A stretch of 64,000 nt of DNA, taken from the NCBI GenBank assembly GCA_963702425.1, contig CAVPCQ010000005.1, positions 1 through 64,000 on the forward strand. The letters are read 5' to 3'. Origin of the DNA: an uncultured Acidobacteriota bacterium (GTDB taxonomy: Bacteria; Acidobacteriota; Polarisedimenticolia; J045). The position numbers were made by a program, and so were the translations under genes. Positions within the stretch are counted from its first letter, which is position 1. Each line of letters opens with the position of its first letter. The notes under the pieces are model-generated. The model made no database searches and was not told where the DNA came from. It worked only from the letters and a program-made list of their open reading frames with translations. Positions 49,589 through 63,336 of the stretch are shown piece by piece.

Positions 49589-51404
49589 GCTGGGCCAGGC
49601 GCTGCCGCGCCCGCGTGACGAAGCCGTCGGAACGCGGGTAGACGCGCTCGGCCTCGTCGAGCTGCCGGCGGGCCGCCTCCAGTTCGCCCGCGTCCATCAG
49701 AAGCTGCGCGTAGAGGGCCCGCGCGCGGCGGTTGCAGCCGTTGGTGGTCACGGCTTGCTCGATCATCGCGCGCGCCTGGGCGCGGTCGCCGCGGCGCTGC
49801 CAGTAGACCGCCAACGCCTGCCACCCGGCGTCGGCCTCCGGCGCCAGCGCGACCGCGCGCTCGAGCTGGGCCCGGGCCTCCTCGGCGCGCTCCAGCTTGC
49901 CGAGCACGAGGCCGAGGTAGAGCGCGATGTCGGCATTGCCGGGGGCGCGGCGCGCGGCCTCGGCCAGGAATGGCAGCGCATCGGCCGGGCGCCCGTCCAT
50001 GTCGAGGTCGACCGCGATCTCGTAGAGCGTCTCCCCGGCCGGGATCGGTGGAATACCGTGCGGCACCAGCGACACCGCGAGGGCCGCCGCGCCCGCGACG
50101 GCCGCGGCCACGGCGTGGCTGCGGACGCGCGGCAGGCCGGCGGCAGCCAGCACGATCAGCAGCGGGATCGCCGGGGCGCGGTAGCGCGCGGCCGGGAAGA
50201 AGACCACCGAGACCGCGAGCACGCCGATCACGACCAGGAACGGCAGCAGCGGGTCGCCGCGCAGCGCGCGCGAGCGCGCGAGCACCGCCGTCCCCGCCGC
50301 TGCAAGCGGGAAGAGCACGACGAACGGAAAGCCCCACGGCCAGAAAAGGAGCCGCGCGACGAGCGACTCGTCACGCGCATCGTACTCGTCGCGGTTGCGC
50401 CCGATCTCCTGCGCCGTGACCGCGGCCGCGGTCTTCCACAGGACGTTCCCGGCGAAGTCCAGCGGGTCCCCCAGCGCGTAGCCGCGGGCCCGCGCCGCGA
50501 ACCAGGCCGATTCGGCGGCGCGGGTCGCCGCCCCGGACTCGCAGCGCGGCGCCTCCATCAGCCGCGTCCAGCGGACGCCGGGCCGGATGCCGACCGTCGC
50601 CGGGTAGTCGGGGTTGTTGCCGATCCAGAGGTTGGTGCCGCCGTTCCACGAGACCGGCACGATCGACCGCTCCCAGGCCCGGTTGCGCAGCGTCACGCCG
50701 GCCACCGGAAGCAGTGCGATCAGCCCGACGAGGAGCGCCGGGCGCCACCCCTCGCGCCGCGCGAGCCAGGCCAGCGCGAGCGCCGCCGCGAGACCGAGCG
50801 GGGGGAGCAGGATCCCTGCCGCCCCGAGCAGGACTCCGGCGGCGGGGAGCCGCAGCCGCCGCCACCACCTGCGCGAGCCGCGGCCTCCGGACAGGAGCAG
50901 AACCAGCACGAACGCGCTCACCAGGAAGGTCGCCAGGCTCGCCGGCAGCAGCTCGGCGTCGAGCGTCGCGAGCGGCGCGTAGAGGGCCGCCGCCACCCCG
51001 GCCGCGGCGGCGGCCCGGGGGCCCGTGCAGCGCCGCGCGAGCAGCGCGGTGAAGACGGCGGTGAGCGCGCCCAGCAGGGCTTGCACGACCCGCGCGAGGA
51101 ACGGGCTGGGTCCGCCGGCCAGCGCGTAGAGGCCGCGCAGGAACCACGGATAGAGGGGCGGCTGCCAGAACGGCTCGGCCGGGTCGCCGGTGACGGCGAT
51201 CCGGTGGTAGGTCGCCGCGTCGAGCACGAGGAAGCGGTGGTACGGCGCGTCGGCGCCTTGGACGATGATCGCCAGGCGGATCGCCAGCGCCAGGACGAAG
51301 ACGCCGAGGAGCGCGAGACGCCACCAGCCCGGGTCGGCGCCCGGCTCCGGCGAGCCGTGGGACGACCCGGGTGCGGTCCGCTTCGCCTTCGCCGGGGCGA
51401 TCAC
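49527..51404 (-). CDS. GT-C fold (GT39/PMT-like) membrane glycosyltransferase with TPRs (paralog of 24030-26021)
   Basis: LDAATY, PFWQPPLYPWFL, SWNGGTNLWIGNNP, ARYRAP, then TPRs. Confidence 0.78.
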   Translation of the reverse strand: MIAPAKAKRTAPGSSHGSPEPGADPGWWRLALLGVFVLALAIRLAIIVQGADAPYHRFLVLDAATYHRIAVTGDPAEPFWQPPLYPWFLRGLYALAGGPSPFLARVVQALLGALTAVFTALLARRCTGPRAAAAAGVAAALYAPLATLDAELLPASLATFLVSAFVLVLLLSGGRGSRRWWRRLRLPAAGVLLGAAGILLPPLGLAAALALAWLARREGWRPALLVGLIALLPVAGVTLRNRAWERSIVPVSWNGGTNLWIGNNPDYPATVGIRPGVRWTRLMEAPRCESGAATRAAESAWFAARARGYALGDPLDFAGNVLWKTAAAVTAQEIGRNRDEYDARDESLVARLLFWPWGFPFVVLFPLAAAGTAVLARSRALRGDPLLPFLVVIGVLAVSVVFFPAARYRAPAIPLLIVLAAAGLPRVRSHAVAAAVAGAAALAVSLVPHGIPPIPAGETLYEIAVDLDMDGRPADALPFLAEAARRAPGNADIALYLGLVLGKLERAEEARAQLERAVALAPEADAGWQALAVYWQRRGDRAQARAMIEQAVTTNGCNRRARALYAQLLMDAGELEAARRQLDEAERVYPRSDGFVTRARQRLAQLSGPSPPAASPGPPAAPPAP

Positions 51405-51414
51405 GCGGGGTCCG

Positions 51415-54975
<3,561 letters not shown>

Positions 54976-55023
54976 CGGACCGTGTACCTCCGTGGTCTCA
55001 AAACGGCGATGGTAGCACCCCGA

Positions 55024-56046
55024 TCAGCGATCGCGGTCGAGGATCGTCAGCGGCAGCTCCAGCAGCACGTCGCGATACGGCCCGGGCGCGAACCCCTCGA
55101 TCAGCTCGCGGGCCTGCTCGGCGTACTGCTCGGCCAGCGCGCGGCTGCGCGCAAGGCACCCGGTGCGTTCGAGCGCGGCCCGCAGTTCGGCGAACGGCAG
55201 CGTCTCGAACCGCCCGCTGGACAGCACGGCGAGCACCGCGTCGCGCTCGCGCGGGGCGCCGTTACGCAGCAGGTCGATCCAGGGAAGGGTCAGCCGTCCT
55301 TCGCACAGGTCCTGCCCGACCGGCTTTCCCAGCGTCTTCTCTTCGGCGGTCACGTCGAGCAGGTCGTCGACCAGCTGGAAGGCGAGCCCCAGGGCCATCC
55401 CGTAGCCGGCCAGCGCTTCCTCGACCTCGGCGCCGCGGTGGCCGAGGATCGCCGGCACGCGGCAGCAGGCGGCGAAGAGCCACGCCGTCTTGCGCTCGAC
55501 GATCGCCAGGTGCTGGGCCTCGGTGACGTCGGCGCGGGAGCGCAGGTGGTGGCCGAGGATCTCGCCCTCGATCATCCGCTCCGTCGCCTCGGCCAGGACG
55601 TCGATCACCCGGATCTCGCGCGCCGCCAGCGCCATGTTCATCGCGTGGATGTAGAGGTAGTCCCCCAGCAGAACCGTGAACTGATTGCCGTAGACGCGGT
55701 TCGCGGAAGGGAGCCCGCGGCGGGTCTCCGCCTCGTCGATGATGTCGTCGTGGACCAGCGTGGCGGTGTGGATGAACTCGAACACCGCGCCGAGCGTGAT
55801 GGCGTGCTCCCCCTCGTACCCGACGAGCCCGGAGGAGAGCAGGACGAGCGTCGGCCGCAGCCGTTTGCCGGCGCCCTGCGCCAGGAAGCGGCCAGCGTCG
55901 TCGATCGGGTCGAACTGCGAGCGCAGGTGGGACTGGATCGTCTCCTCGACCCGGGCCAGCCGCGGCCCGACCAGGGTGTTCACCTGGGCGAAGAGGTGCT
56001 CGGCCGGGATCCCCGCCGCCGCGGCCCGGCGCGCGTCGCCGCTCAC
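55024..56046 (-). CDS. Polyprenyl diphosphate synthase (IspB/HepT-like)
   Basis: GKRLRP, HTATLVHDDIID..RRG, KTA, AFQLVDDLLD, GKPVGQD. Confidence 0.92.
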   Translation of the reverse strand: MSGDARRAAAAGIPAEHLFAQVNTLVGPRLARVEETIQSHLRSQFDPIDDAGRFLAQGAGKRLRPTLVLLSSGLVGYEGEHAITLGAVFEFIHTATLVHDDIIDEAETRRGLPSANRVYGNQFTVLLGDYLYIHAMNMALAAREIRVIDVLAEATERMIEGEILGHHLRSRADVTEAQHLAIVERKTAWLFAACCRVPAILGHRGAEVEEALAGYGMALGLAFQLVDDLLDVTAEEKTLGKPVGQDLCEGRLTLPWIDLLRNGAPRERDAVLAVLSSGRFETLPFAELRAALERTGCLARSRALAEQYAEQARELIEGFAPGPYRDVLLELPLTILDRDR

Positions 56047-56741
56047 GGCTTCGGCCCCGCCGGAAGCGGACCCTCGACCAGTTCGGGGCCGCGGAAGCGG
56101 TAGGCGGCGTCCGGGTAGCGCCACTCGACCACGCCGTCGACGAGCGTGACCGTCTCGGGCGGCAGTCCGCGCGCCCGGAGCACTTTGCCGCGCGGCGTTC
56201 TCAGTCCGCCGGCCTGGTTGATCTCGCGGGCCAGTTCGGGCCACCCCGCGGAGTCCGCGAGCACGCAGTTGACCACCGCGGCGCGCCCCTTGCGGATCCG
56301 CGCGGTGACGTCGAGCTCGGGCGGCGGAGCGTACCGGATCGAGTCCCAGCGCGCCGGATCTCCGCAGCGCAGCAGCAGCGCCCCCTCGAGGTCGGCGTCT
56401 TCGAACGCCAGCGTGAAAAAGCCGCTGGCGTCGCTGACCGCACTCGCGACCACCCGCTCGCTGACCTCGACCGGCTTCCAGGGCAGGGACGCCGACTCGA
56501 CGCGCAGCGTCGCACGCACGGCGAGGCCGGCGAGCGACGCGCCGGACCGATCGAAAGCCTGGCCCTGGAGCGCGGTCTTCGGCGCGGCCGGCGCCTTGGC
56601 CGGAGGCTGGGCCTGGGCCGTGGCCTGCGCGGGCGCGGGCAGCGCCGCGAGCGGGCAGAGCGCGAGCAGCACCCCGGCGAGGCGACACGAAAGGCGCGTC
56701 CGGGAGTCTCCCGGGCCAGCAGAACGGCGGTCAAAACGCAC
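56043..56741 (-). CDS. Hypothetical secreted protein
   Basis: Signal-like LAGVLLALCPLAALPAPAQA; stop overlaps the polyprenyl synthase start (GTGA). Start uncertain. Confidence 0.55.
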   Translation of the reverse strand: MRFDRRSAGPGDSRTRLSCRLAGVLLALCPLAALPAPAQATAQAQPPAKAPAAPKTALQGQAFDRSGASLAGLAVRATLRVESASLPWKPVEVSERVVASAVSDASGFFTLAFEDADLEGALLLRCGDPARWDSIRYAPPPELDVTARIRKGRAAVVNCVLADSAGWPELAREINQAGGLRTPRGKVLRARGLPPETVTLVDGVVEWRYPDAAYRFRGPELVEGPLPAGPKP

Positions 56742-56814
56742 GATTTCGCGAGGATAGCACCCCCCCCGGAAGCGGGACAACAAACGGCGTTCCGGTCCGC
56801 ATGGACGATCCGGA

Positions 56815-57558
56815 CTAGCGCACGAGCGTCCAGCCGGGCGGCACCTCCACCCGGAAGGAGCCATCCGGCAGCGGCGTCTCGCGCTCGGGGACGCCGAGCT
56901 CGAAGAGCATGCGGCCACCGAGCGGATCGCCGACCTCGACGCGGCGCACGTCGCCGGTCGCGGGGTCGATCTCGAGCCGCAGCCACTCGATGTCGTCGCG
57001 CGGCCGCTGCGGCCAGAGCTCGACCAGCAGCCGGCCGGGCCCGGTCGGAAGGGCCGAGTCCGGCGCGCGCGCGACGAAGAGCTTCAGGAGGTCACTGCGC
57101 CCGGCGAGCAGGTCGGAAAGCGGGCTGTCCTCGCCCGGCTGTGACTCGCGCATCTGGACCTCGCGGTCCTCCGGCACCACGAACCACCAGGTATTGCCGT
57201 CGAGCACGCCGCGCTGGCCCTTCGGCTCGACGTAGTCCCACAGCATCCGCTGCGGCGGCGAGACGTGGATCGTGCCGTGCGCCTCGTCGCCGGCCCCGAA
57301 CGCCGCCGACTCGAACGACTGCCGGAATGACGCGCGGAACGAGCCGCTCCCGCGGTAGCGCGCCTCGGCCTTCCGGAGCAGGGCCTCGATGGCGTCGGGA
57401 GGCAGCTTCCGAGCGCCGGCCGGCGGCGGCGCCACGGCCGGCGGCGGCGCCACGGTCGGCGGCCCGGCGGTCGCGCCCGCGATCGCTCCCGCCGCGACGG
57501 CGAGCGCGAGCAGCGCGGGGGTGGTTCGACGACGCCGCGCGGACCTGGGGGGGATCAT
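56815..57558 (-). CDS. lolA: Outer-membrane lipoprotein carrier LolA family protein
   Basis: FRASFRQ, G.I.V.PP.RM.WDY..P, DG.TWWF, SPL..L, D..GG...F, F...P.G. Confidence 0.75.
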   Translation of the reverse strand: MIPPRSARRRRTTPALLALAVAAGAIAGATAGPPTVAPPPAVAPPPAGARKLPPDAIEALLRKAEARYRGSGSFRASFRQSFESAAFGAGDEAHGTIHVSPPQRMLWDYVEPKGQRGVLDGNTWWFVVPEDREVQMRESQPGEDSPLSDLLAGRSDLLKLFVARAPDSALPTGPGRLLVELWPQRPRDDIEWLRLEIDPATGDVRRVEVGDPLGGRMLFELGVPERETPLPDGSFRVEVPPGWTLVR

Positions 57559-57653
57559 CGCTTGCCTCCGGGAACCGATTATCGCGGTCGGTCACCCCCT
57601 CGGCCACGCCGCTCGAGTCGCGCTATCGTGGGCATCCCTTGCAGGAGGATCCC

Positions 57654-58910
57654 GTGCGCCCCAGTCGGCTCGTGTTCCCGGTCCTCGCCGGCCTCGCCGC
57701 CGTCCTGTTCCCGGGCGGCCCGGCGGGTGCGCAGTCCCCGGCCGACCCCGCCGGCATCGCCGTGCCGCCGGAGTCGTCCCTCGTGGTGAATCGCGCCGCC
57801 CAGGCCTACGAGAACGGGCGCTGCACCGAGGTGCTGGAGGCTTTCGGCACGCTCCCCGCCGGCGCGGCCGCCGCGCTCGACGGGATCTCGCTCTATCGCT
57901 GGGGCTTCTGCTCGGGCAGCGCGGGGGGGGCCGACGCGTTCGACTACTACCGCCGCGCGGCGGAGAAGCTGCAGGGCGCCACTGCGTCGCCCGGGGCACC
58001 GCTCGACGCCTATTTCTATCGCGTGAACGCCCTCCTGAACCTCGATCTGCAGCCCGAGGCGCAGGCTGCGGCCAAGCTCGCGGTGGAGCGCTTCCAGGCG
58101 GGGACCCTGACGGTGCCGCAGGACGACCCTGCGGCCTGGTTCAGGATGGGGAAGCTCTTCACCGATGCGGGCGACGCGCAGGGGGCGATGGGACCGTTCG
58201 GCCGGGCGCTCGACGCGGCCGCGGCGAAGCCGGGCTCGCTGCGCTCCGCCTACCTCGAGCGGATCGCCAACTACGCCCGGCAGGCCGGCGACCCCGCGCT
58301 GGCCCAGCGCGCGAACGCGATGCTGCTGGCGGCGGGCGCCGCGACGCCGGGCGCGGCGTCGGACAACCCGCTGCAGCGCATGCGGGCGCTGGTGCGCGCC
58401 GGCCAGTACGAAGAGGCCCGCGCGGCGCTGGAGACGCTGGCCCGCGACCGCGGGGACGTCGGGATGGTGGCCCAGTACGCGCTGGGGGCGCTCGACCGCG
58501 TGCGCGAAGTCGAGACCCAGGGCGGCAAGCCCGACCCGCGCGCGACCATCGGTGGCGAGGGGGGCGGCTCCTACCCCGGCAGCCTCCCGCTCGAGGAGGC
58601 GCTGGCCGCCACCGGCCGCGAGGCCTGGGGGGCGATCGGCGAGGGGCGGGTGGTCGAGGTGCCGCGCAAGAACCGGACCCTGCCCGGAACGCGTCCGGCC
58701 GCGTCGACCGAGACGCTCGCGCGCCTGCTGCCGATCGAGTCACGCTTCGCCGGGCTGCTGCTCGACGCCGTCGCCACCGGGGCTCCGCTGCGGGAGTGGG
58801 CGGTGCAGGCGGGCTTCGCCCCGCTCGTGCTCCAGCCGTGGGAGCGGCTCGTGATCGATCGCGATTCGGCCGCACGCCAGGCCGACGTGATCGACCTCAA
58901 GCAACCGTAG
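57654..58910 (+). CDS. Secreted TPR-like hypothetical protein
   Basis: GGAGG RBS, GTG start, signal peptide, helical repeats (AWFRMGKLF..AGD). Confidence 0.65.
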   Translation: MRPSRLVFPVLAGLAAVLFPGGPAGAQSPADPAGIAVPPESSLVVNRAAQAYENGRCTEVLEAFGTLPAGAAAALDGISLYRWGFCSGSAGGADAFDYYRRAAEKLQGATASPGAPLDAYFYRVNALLNLDLQPEAQAAAKLAVERFQAGTLTVPQDDPAAWFRMGKLFTDAGDAQGAMGPFGRALDAAAAKPGSLRSAYLERIANYARQAGDPALAQRANAMLLAAGAATPGAASDNPLQRMRALVRAGQYEEARAALETLARDRGDVGMVAQYALGALDRVREVETQGGKPDPRATIGGEGGGSYPGSLPLEEALAATGREAWGAIGEGRVVEVPRKNRTLPGTRPAASTETLARLLPIESRFAGLLLDAVATGAPLREWAVQAGFAPLVLQPWERLVIDRDSAARQADVIDLKQP

Positions 58911-58920
58911 GGGGGCCCCC

Positions 58921-60153
58921 TCAGCGGTGGGCGACGATCGCGACGATGGCCCGCTCGGGGAGCACGCTCGCGAGCGCCATCAGCCGGCGCGCCCGCACCT
59001 CCGGCGTGTCCGCGGGCCAGGGCTCGAAGAGCACGACCGGCCACGGTGCGGGCAGCTCGCGCTCGACCCGCTCCGCGATGCGCGCCAGCGAGGCAGCGGC
59101 GCGGAGATCGCTGCCGGCGCGCGCCGCAGCGACCTCGAACGGCCAGCCGGCCGCCTCGTCGGGGTTCTCGATCGCGAAGCTCCGGGGATCGAACGGCCCC
59201 GGCGGCACGACCCCGATCGCGATCGCGATCCGCTCCGCCCAGCCCAGCGTCTCCGGCCCCGGCGCGAGCTGCGCCTCGATCGCGCGCCGTCGCGTCCCGG
59301 CCTGGTCGATCCGCGCGGTCAACCCCCAGGGGTCCTCGGCGCCCAGGCGCGAGGCCGCCGCGCGCGCGCGCCGTTCCAGCTCGTCGTGACGCGCTGCAAG
59401 GTGCGCCAGCCGCGCCGCGCGCACCGAGCGCCGCGCGGCCAACCCCCGGGCGCGACGCCGCCCGGCGGCCCACGTCAGGGCCAGGGCCAGGGTGACGGTG
59501 CCGGCCGCGAGCATGAGCGCGGGCTGGCGCCAGCGCGCCGCGGCGAGCCCCGCGCCGACCGCCAGCAGCGTGGCCGCGGCGGTTGCGAGCGACCATCGGT
59601 TCCGCACCCGCAGCGCCTCGTCCAACTGCCACTGCGCGCTCTCGAGCCGCCGCCGCCAGGCGGCGATCGCGCGGCGGCGCCGCGGGTAGATCCGCAGCGC
59701 CTCGAGTTCCTGCGGGCCTAGCGTCTCGAGCGCTCGGGCGTAGAGCCTCCCCGCGGCGGCCTCGTCCGCGGGCGGCAGCGGCGGCCAGCCGGACGGGCCG
59801 GTCAGGATCGCCGACGGTAGCGCGCCCGAGCGCGGCCAAGTTGCAGGCACGTCGACGAAGACCTCGACCTCGCCCTGTCGGATGCGGACCCGCGTCTCGC
59901 GCGACGAGGCGGCCCGGTCGAGCGCGCCGAGCAGTGCGACGAGCAGGTCCTTCGCCACGGGACCGGCGCCGACCAGCAGCGGTTCCCCCGCCGTCGGGCC
60001 GAGCGGCAGCTCGTGCACCATCCCACCGGCGCTCCAGCGCAGCCGCGCCTCAGGCGGGCCCGGAGCGCCGGTCCGGGCGGGCGGAGAGGAGCCGGGAATC
60101 GCGTCCGGAACGGCAACGCGGTTCCGGTCGAGGCGCTCGGTCCCCTCCACCAC
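58921..60153 (-). CDS. Membrane protein resembling a degenerate YhaN/SbcC-like ATPase
   Basis: Central 2-TM hairpin flanked by coiled coils; eroded Walker A, Walker B and H-loop-like segments at the termini. Start uncertain (60153 or 60021). Confidence 0.5.
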   Translation of the reverse strand: MVEGTERLDRNRVAVPDAIPGSSPPARTGAPGPPEARLRWSAGGMVHELPLGPTAGEPLLVGAGPVAKDLLVALLGALDRAASSRETRVRIRQGEVEVFVDVPATWPRSGALPSAILTGPSGWPPLPPADEAAAGRLYARALETLGPQELEALRIYPRRRRAIAAWRRRLESAQWQLDEALRVRNRWSLATAAATLLAVGAGLAAARWRQPALMLAAGTVTLALALTWAAGRRRARGLAARRSVRAARLAHLAARHDELERRARAAASRLGAEDPWGLTARIDQAGTRRRAIEAQLAPGPETLGWAERIAIAIGVVPPGPFDPRSFAIENPDEAAGWPFEVAAARAGSDLRAAASLARIAERVERELPAPWPVVLFEPWPADTPEVRARRLMALASVLPERAIVAIVAHR

Positions 60154-60155
60154 CG

Positions 60156-60551
60156 TCAGTCCTCGTCCGCGAGGTCGGCCAGCCACGGAACGCGATAGCG
60201 CTGGCCCGCGAGCGCCCGCTCGATGCAGAAGCAGAGCACGACGAAGAAGCCCAGGAAGACGAAAACCTCGGCCGCGTGGAACATCCGGCCGAGCAGCGGG
60301 ATCATCGAGAAGAGCCAGTGGAATGGCGTCAGCAGCGCGATCAGCGCGACCAGCGCGAGACCGAGCATCGTCCCCTGCCGGGCGTGCCAGCGTACGAACG
60401 GCTCGCGGCTGGCGAACAGCGGGATCAGGCTCAGCGGGCCGAGGTAGGCGAAGACGAGCATCAGCCGGTCCTCGTCGCGCAGCGCGTGCGCGACGTGGCT
60501 CGCCCCGTTCGAAGCGTCGAGATCGGTGCCCTGCTCGTCGAGATCCGTCAT
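60156..60551 (-). CDS. DUF4870-like membrane protein
   Basis: FAYLG..SLIP...PFVRWHARQG; C-terminal AL.G..YRVPW. Confidence 0.75.
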   Translation of the reverse strand: MTDLDEQGTDLDASNGASHVAHALRDEDRLMLVFAYLGPLSLIPLFASREPFVRWHARQGTMLGLALVALIALLTPFHWLFSMIPLLGRMFHAAEVFVFLGFFVVLCFCIERALAGQRYRVPWLADLADED

Positions 60552-60645
60552 CCGCCTGCTCCGGGTCGGCCCGGTGGCATCCCTTGTACCGACCCCGTGG
60601 ACCGATTGTCAACATCGCCGGCCTTTTCGGGTACCCTTCCGCGCC

Positions 60646-63321
60646 GTGAAGCCGGACGATCCCATCGCTGCAGGCGCCGCAGGCGCGCTCGCGCCGGACA
60701 GGCTGACGCCGATGTTCCGCCAGTGGCGCGAGGCCAAGGCGCAGCATCCCGATGCACTGCTGCTGTTCCGGATGGGCGACTTCTACGAGCTGTTCTTCGA
60801 CGACGCGAAGACCGCCGCGCCGATCCTGGAGATCGCGCTGACCGCGCGCGGCAAGGGGACCGCGGTCGAGGCGCCGATGTGCGGCGTGCCGCACCACGCG
60901 ATCGACCAGTACGTCGCCCGGCTGGTCGAGCGCGGGCTGAGGGTCGCGATCTGCGAGCAGGTGGAGGACCCGCGCACGGCGAAGGGGATGGTGCGCCGCG
61001 AGGTGGTGCGGGTCGTCAGCCCGGGGACCGTGACCGACCCGGAGCGGCTCGACCCGGCCTCGTCCAACTTCCTGGCCGCCGTCGGCGCGGCCGCGGGGGG
61101 CGGGTTCGGCGTCGCCCTGATCGACCTCTCGACCGGCAGCGTCGTGCTGGCCCGCGCCGGCGACGGGGGCGAGCTGGGCGACCTGCTGGCGCGGCACGAG
61201 GTGCGCGAGGTCCTGCTGGCCGACGCGCAGCGCGGCGCCGTGGAGCCGTTCCTGCCCGAGATCGCCGGCCGGTGCCCGCTGGTCACGCCGCTCGCGGCAG
61301 AGCGCTTTCACCCCGCGCTGGCCCGGCCGCGGGTGCTCGAGGCGCTGGGCGTCGCGACCCTCTCCGGCTTCGGTTGCCCGGACGATCACCCGGCGCTGCC
61401 CGCCGCGGCCGCCGGGCTCGCGCACCTGGCGGCGACGCAGCGCGTGAGGCCGGCGCATCTGGACCGGTTGCAGGTCGACGACCCGCGGCGGCAGCTGCTG
61501 CTCGATGCGGCGACACGGCGCAACCTGGAGCTGGTCGCGAACCTGCGCGACGGCACGCGCGCCGCGACGCTGCTCGAGACGCTCGACCGCACGCGCACGC
61601 CGATGGGCGCGCGGACGGTCCGCGCCTGGCTGCTCGAGCCGCTGGCCGACCTGGAGCCGCTGGCGCGGCGGCATGCGCTGGTCGCGGAGCTGCTCGAGCG
61701 CAGCCTCGCGCGGCGCGGGATCGTCGAGGCGCTGGCCCGGGTGCGCGATCTCGAGCGGCTGCTCGGACGTGCCGCGCTGGGAAGCGCGAGCCCGCGCGAC
61801 CTGCTCGCGCTGCGGCACTCGCTCGAGGCGCTGCCCGAGGCGCGGGCCCGGCTGGCCGAACTGGCGACGGCGGCGGCCGCCGCGCTCGCTGCGCGGATCG
61901 ATCCGCTCGAGGACCTGGCGGCGTTGCTGGCGGCCGCGCTGGCCGACGATCCCGGCGCGCTGCCGGGCGAGGGGCGCGTCATCCGACCCGGGCACGACCC
62001 CGCGCTCGACGAGGCGCGCGAACTGGCGCGGGGCGGGAAGCAGCTCGTCGCCGAGATCGAGACGCGGGAGCGCGGGCGGACCGGGATCGCCTCGCTGAAG
62101 GTCCGCTACAACCGCGTCTTCGGCTACTTCATCGAGGTCAGCAAGAGCAACCTCGCGCGCGTCCCGGCGGAGTACGAGCGGCGCCAGACGATCGCCACCG
62201 GCGAGCGCTACAACACCGCCGAGCTGCGCGCGCTCGAGACCAAGATCCTGTCGGCCGAGGAGCGCCTGGCGGCGCGCGAGAACGAGCTGTTCGAGGCGCT
62301 GGTCCGGGAGGTCGCGGCGCGGGCCTCGCGGCTGCGCGAGACGGCCGCCGCGGTCGGCGAGCTGGATGCGCTGGCCGGGTTCGCGGAGGCCGCGGCGGAG
62401 CATGGCTGGACGCGGCCGGAGATCGACCGCGAGGACCGGATCGAGCTGGCGGAGTCGCGGCACCCGGTGGTCGAGCGGTTGATCCCTGCCGGCCGCTTCG
62501 TGCCCAACGACTGCCGGCTCGACGCGGCGCAGCGGATCCTCGTCGTCACCGGTCCGAACATGGGAGGCAAGAGCACCTTCCTGCGCCAGGTCGCGCTGGC
62601 GATCGTGATGGCCCAGGCCGGGTCGTTCGTGCCGGCGCGGCGGGCGGCGATCGGCCTGGTCGACCGCGTCTTCTGCCGCGTCGGGGCCTCGGACAACCTG
62701 GCTGGCGGCGAGTCGACCTTCATGGTCGAGATGACCGAAACCGCGAACATCCTGCACAACGCGACCCCGCGGAGCCTCGTCATCCTCGACGAGATCGGCC
62801 GCGGGACCGCCACCTGGGACGGGATGGCGATCGCCTGGGCGGTGGTCGAGGCGCTGCACGACGATGCGCGGCTCGCGCCCAAAGCGCTGTTCGCGACCCA
62901 CTACCACGAGCTGACCGAACTGGCCTCGGTCCTGCCGCGGCTCGCGAATGTCCACATCGCGGTCAAGGAGCACGGCCACGACGTGCTGTTCCTGCACCGG
63001 GTCGAGCCCGGCCCGTCCGACCGCTCGTACGGGATCCACGTCGCGCGGCTGGCCGGCCTGCCCGACCGGGTGGTCGGACGCGCGCGGGAGATCCTCGAGC
63101 ACCTGACGGCCGAGCACCCGCGCCCCGCGGTCCTCGCGCCGCGCGCCGACGGCGGTCCCGTGCCGGGCCGCCAGCTCGGGCTGTTCGGGGAGACCGCGCC
63201 GCGCGACCCGCGGGAGGAGGAGGCACTCGCCGCGCTGCGGGCCCTGGACCTCGACGCGCTCTCGCCGCGCGAGGCGCACGCGCTCCTGGCGCAGCTGCTC
63301 GAGCGGCTCCGCAGGGGCTGA
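60646..63321 (+). CDS. mutS: DNA mismatch repair protein MutS
   Basis: TPMFRQW, FRMGDFYELF, MCGVP, TGPNMGGKST, STFMVEM, LDEIGRGT, ATHYHEL, SYGIHVARLAG. Confidence 0.97.
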   Translation: MKPDDPIAAGAAGALAPDRLTPMFRQWREAKAQHPDALLLFRMGDFYELFFDDAKTAAPILEIALTARGKGTAVEAPMCGVPHHAIDQYVARLVERGLRVAICEQVEDPRTAKGMVRREVVRVVSPGTVTDPERLDPASSNFLAAVGAAAGGGFGVALIDLSTGSVVLARAGDGGELGDLLARHEVREVLLADAQRGAVEPFLPEIAGRCPLVTPLAAERFHPALARPRVLEALGVATLSGFGCPDDHPALPAAAAGLAHLAATQRVRPAHLDRLQVDDPRRQLLLDAATRRNLELVANLRDGTRAATLLETLDRTRTPMGARTVRAWLLEPLADLEPLARRHALVAELLERSLARRGIVEALARVRDLERLLGRAALGSASPRDLLALRHSLEALPEARARLAELATAAAAALAARIDPLEDLAALLAAALADDPGALPGEGRVIRPGHDPALDEARELARGGKQLVAEIETRERGRTGIASLKVRYNRVFGYFIEVSKSNLARVPAEYERRQTIATGERYNTAELRALETKILSAEERLAARENELFEALVREVAARASRLRETAAAVGELDALAGFAEAAAEHGWTRPEIDREDRIELAESRHPVVERLIPAGRFVPNDCRLDAAQRILVVTGPNMGGKSTFLRQVALAIVMAQAGSFVPARRAAIGLVDRVFCRVGASDNLAGGESTFMVEMTETANILHNATPRSLVILDEIGRGTATWDGMAIAWAVVEALHDDARLAPKALFATHYHELTELASVLPRLANVHIAVKEHGHDVLFLHRVEPGPSDRSYGIHVARLAGLPDRVVGRAREILEHLTAEHPRPAVLAPRADGGPVPGRQLGLFGETAPRDPREEEALAALRALDLDALSPREAHALLAQLLERLRRG

Positions 63322-63336
63322 CCCGCCCCGGTGCAG

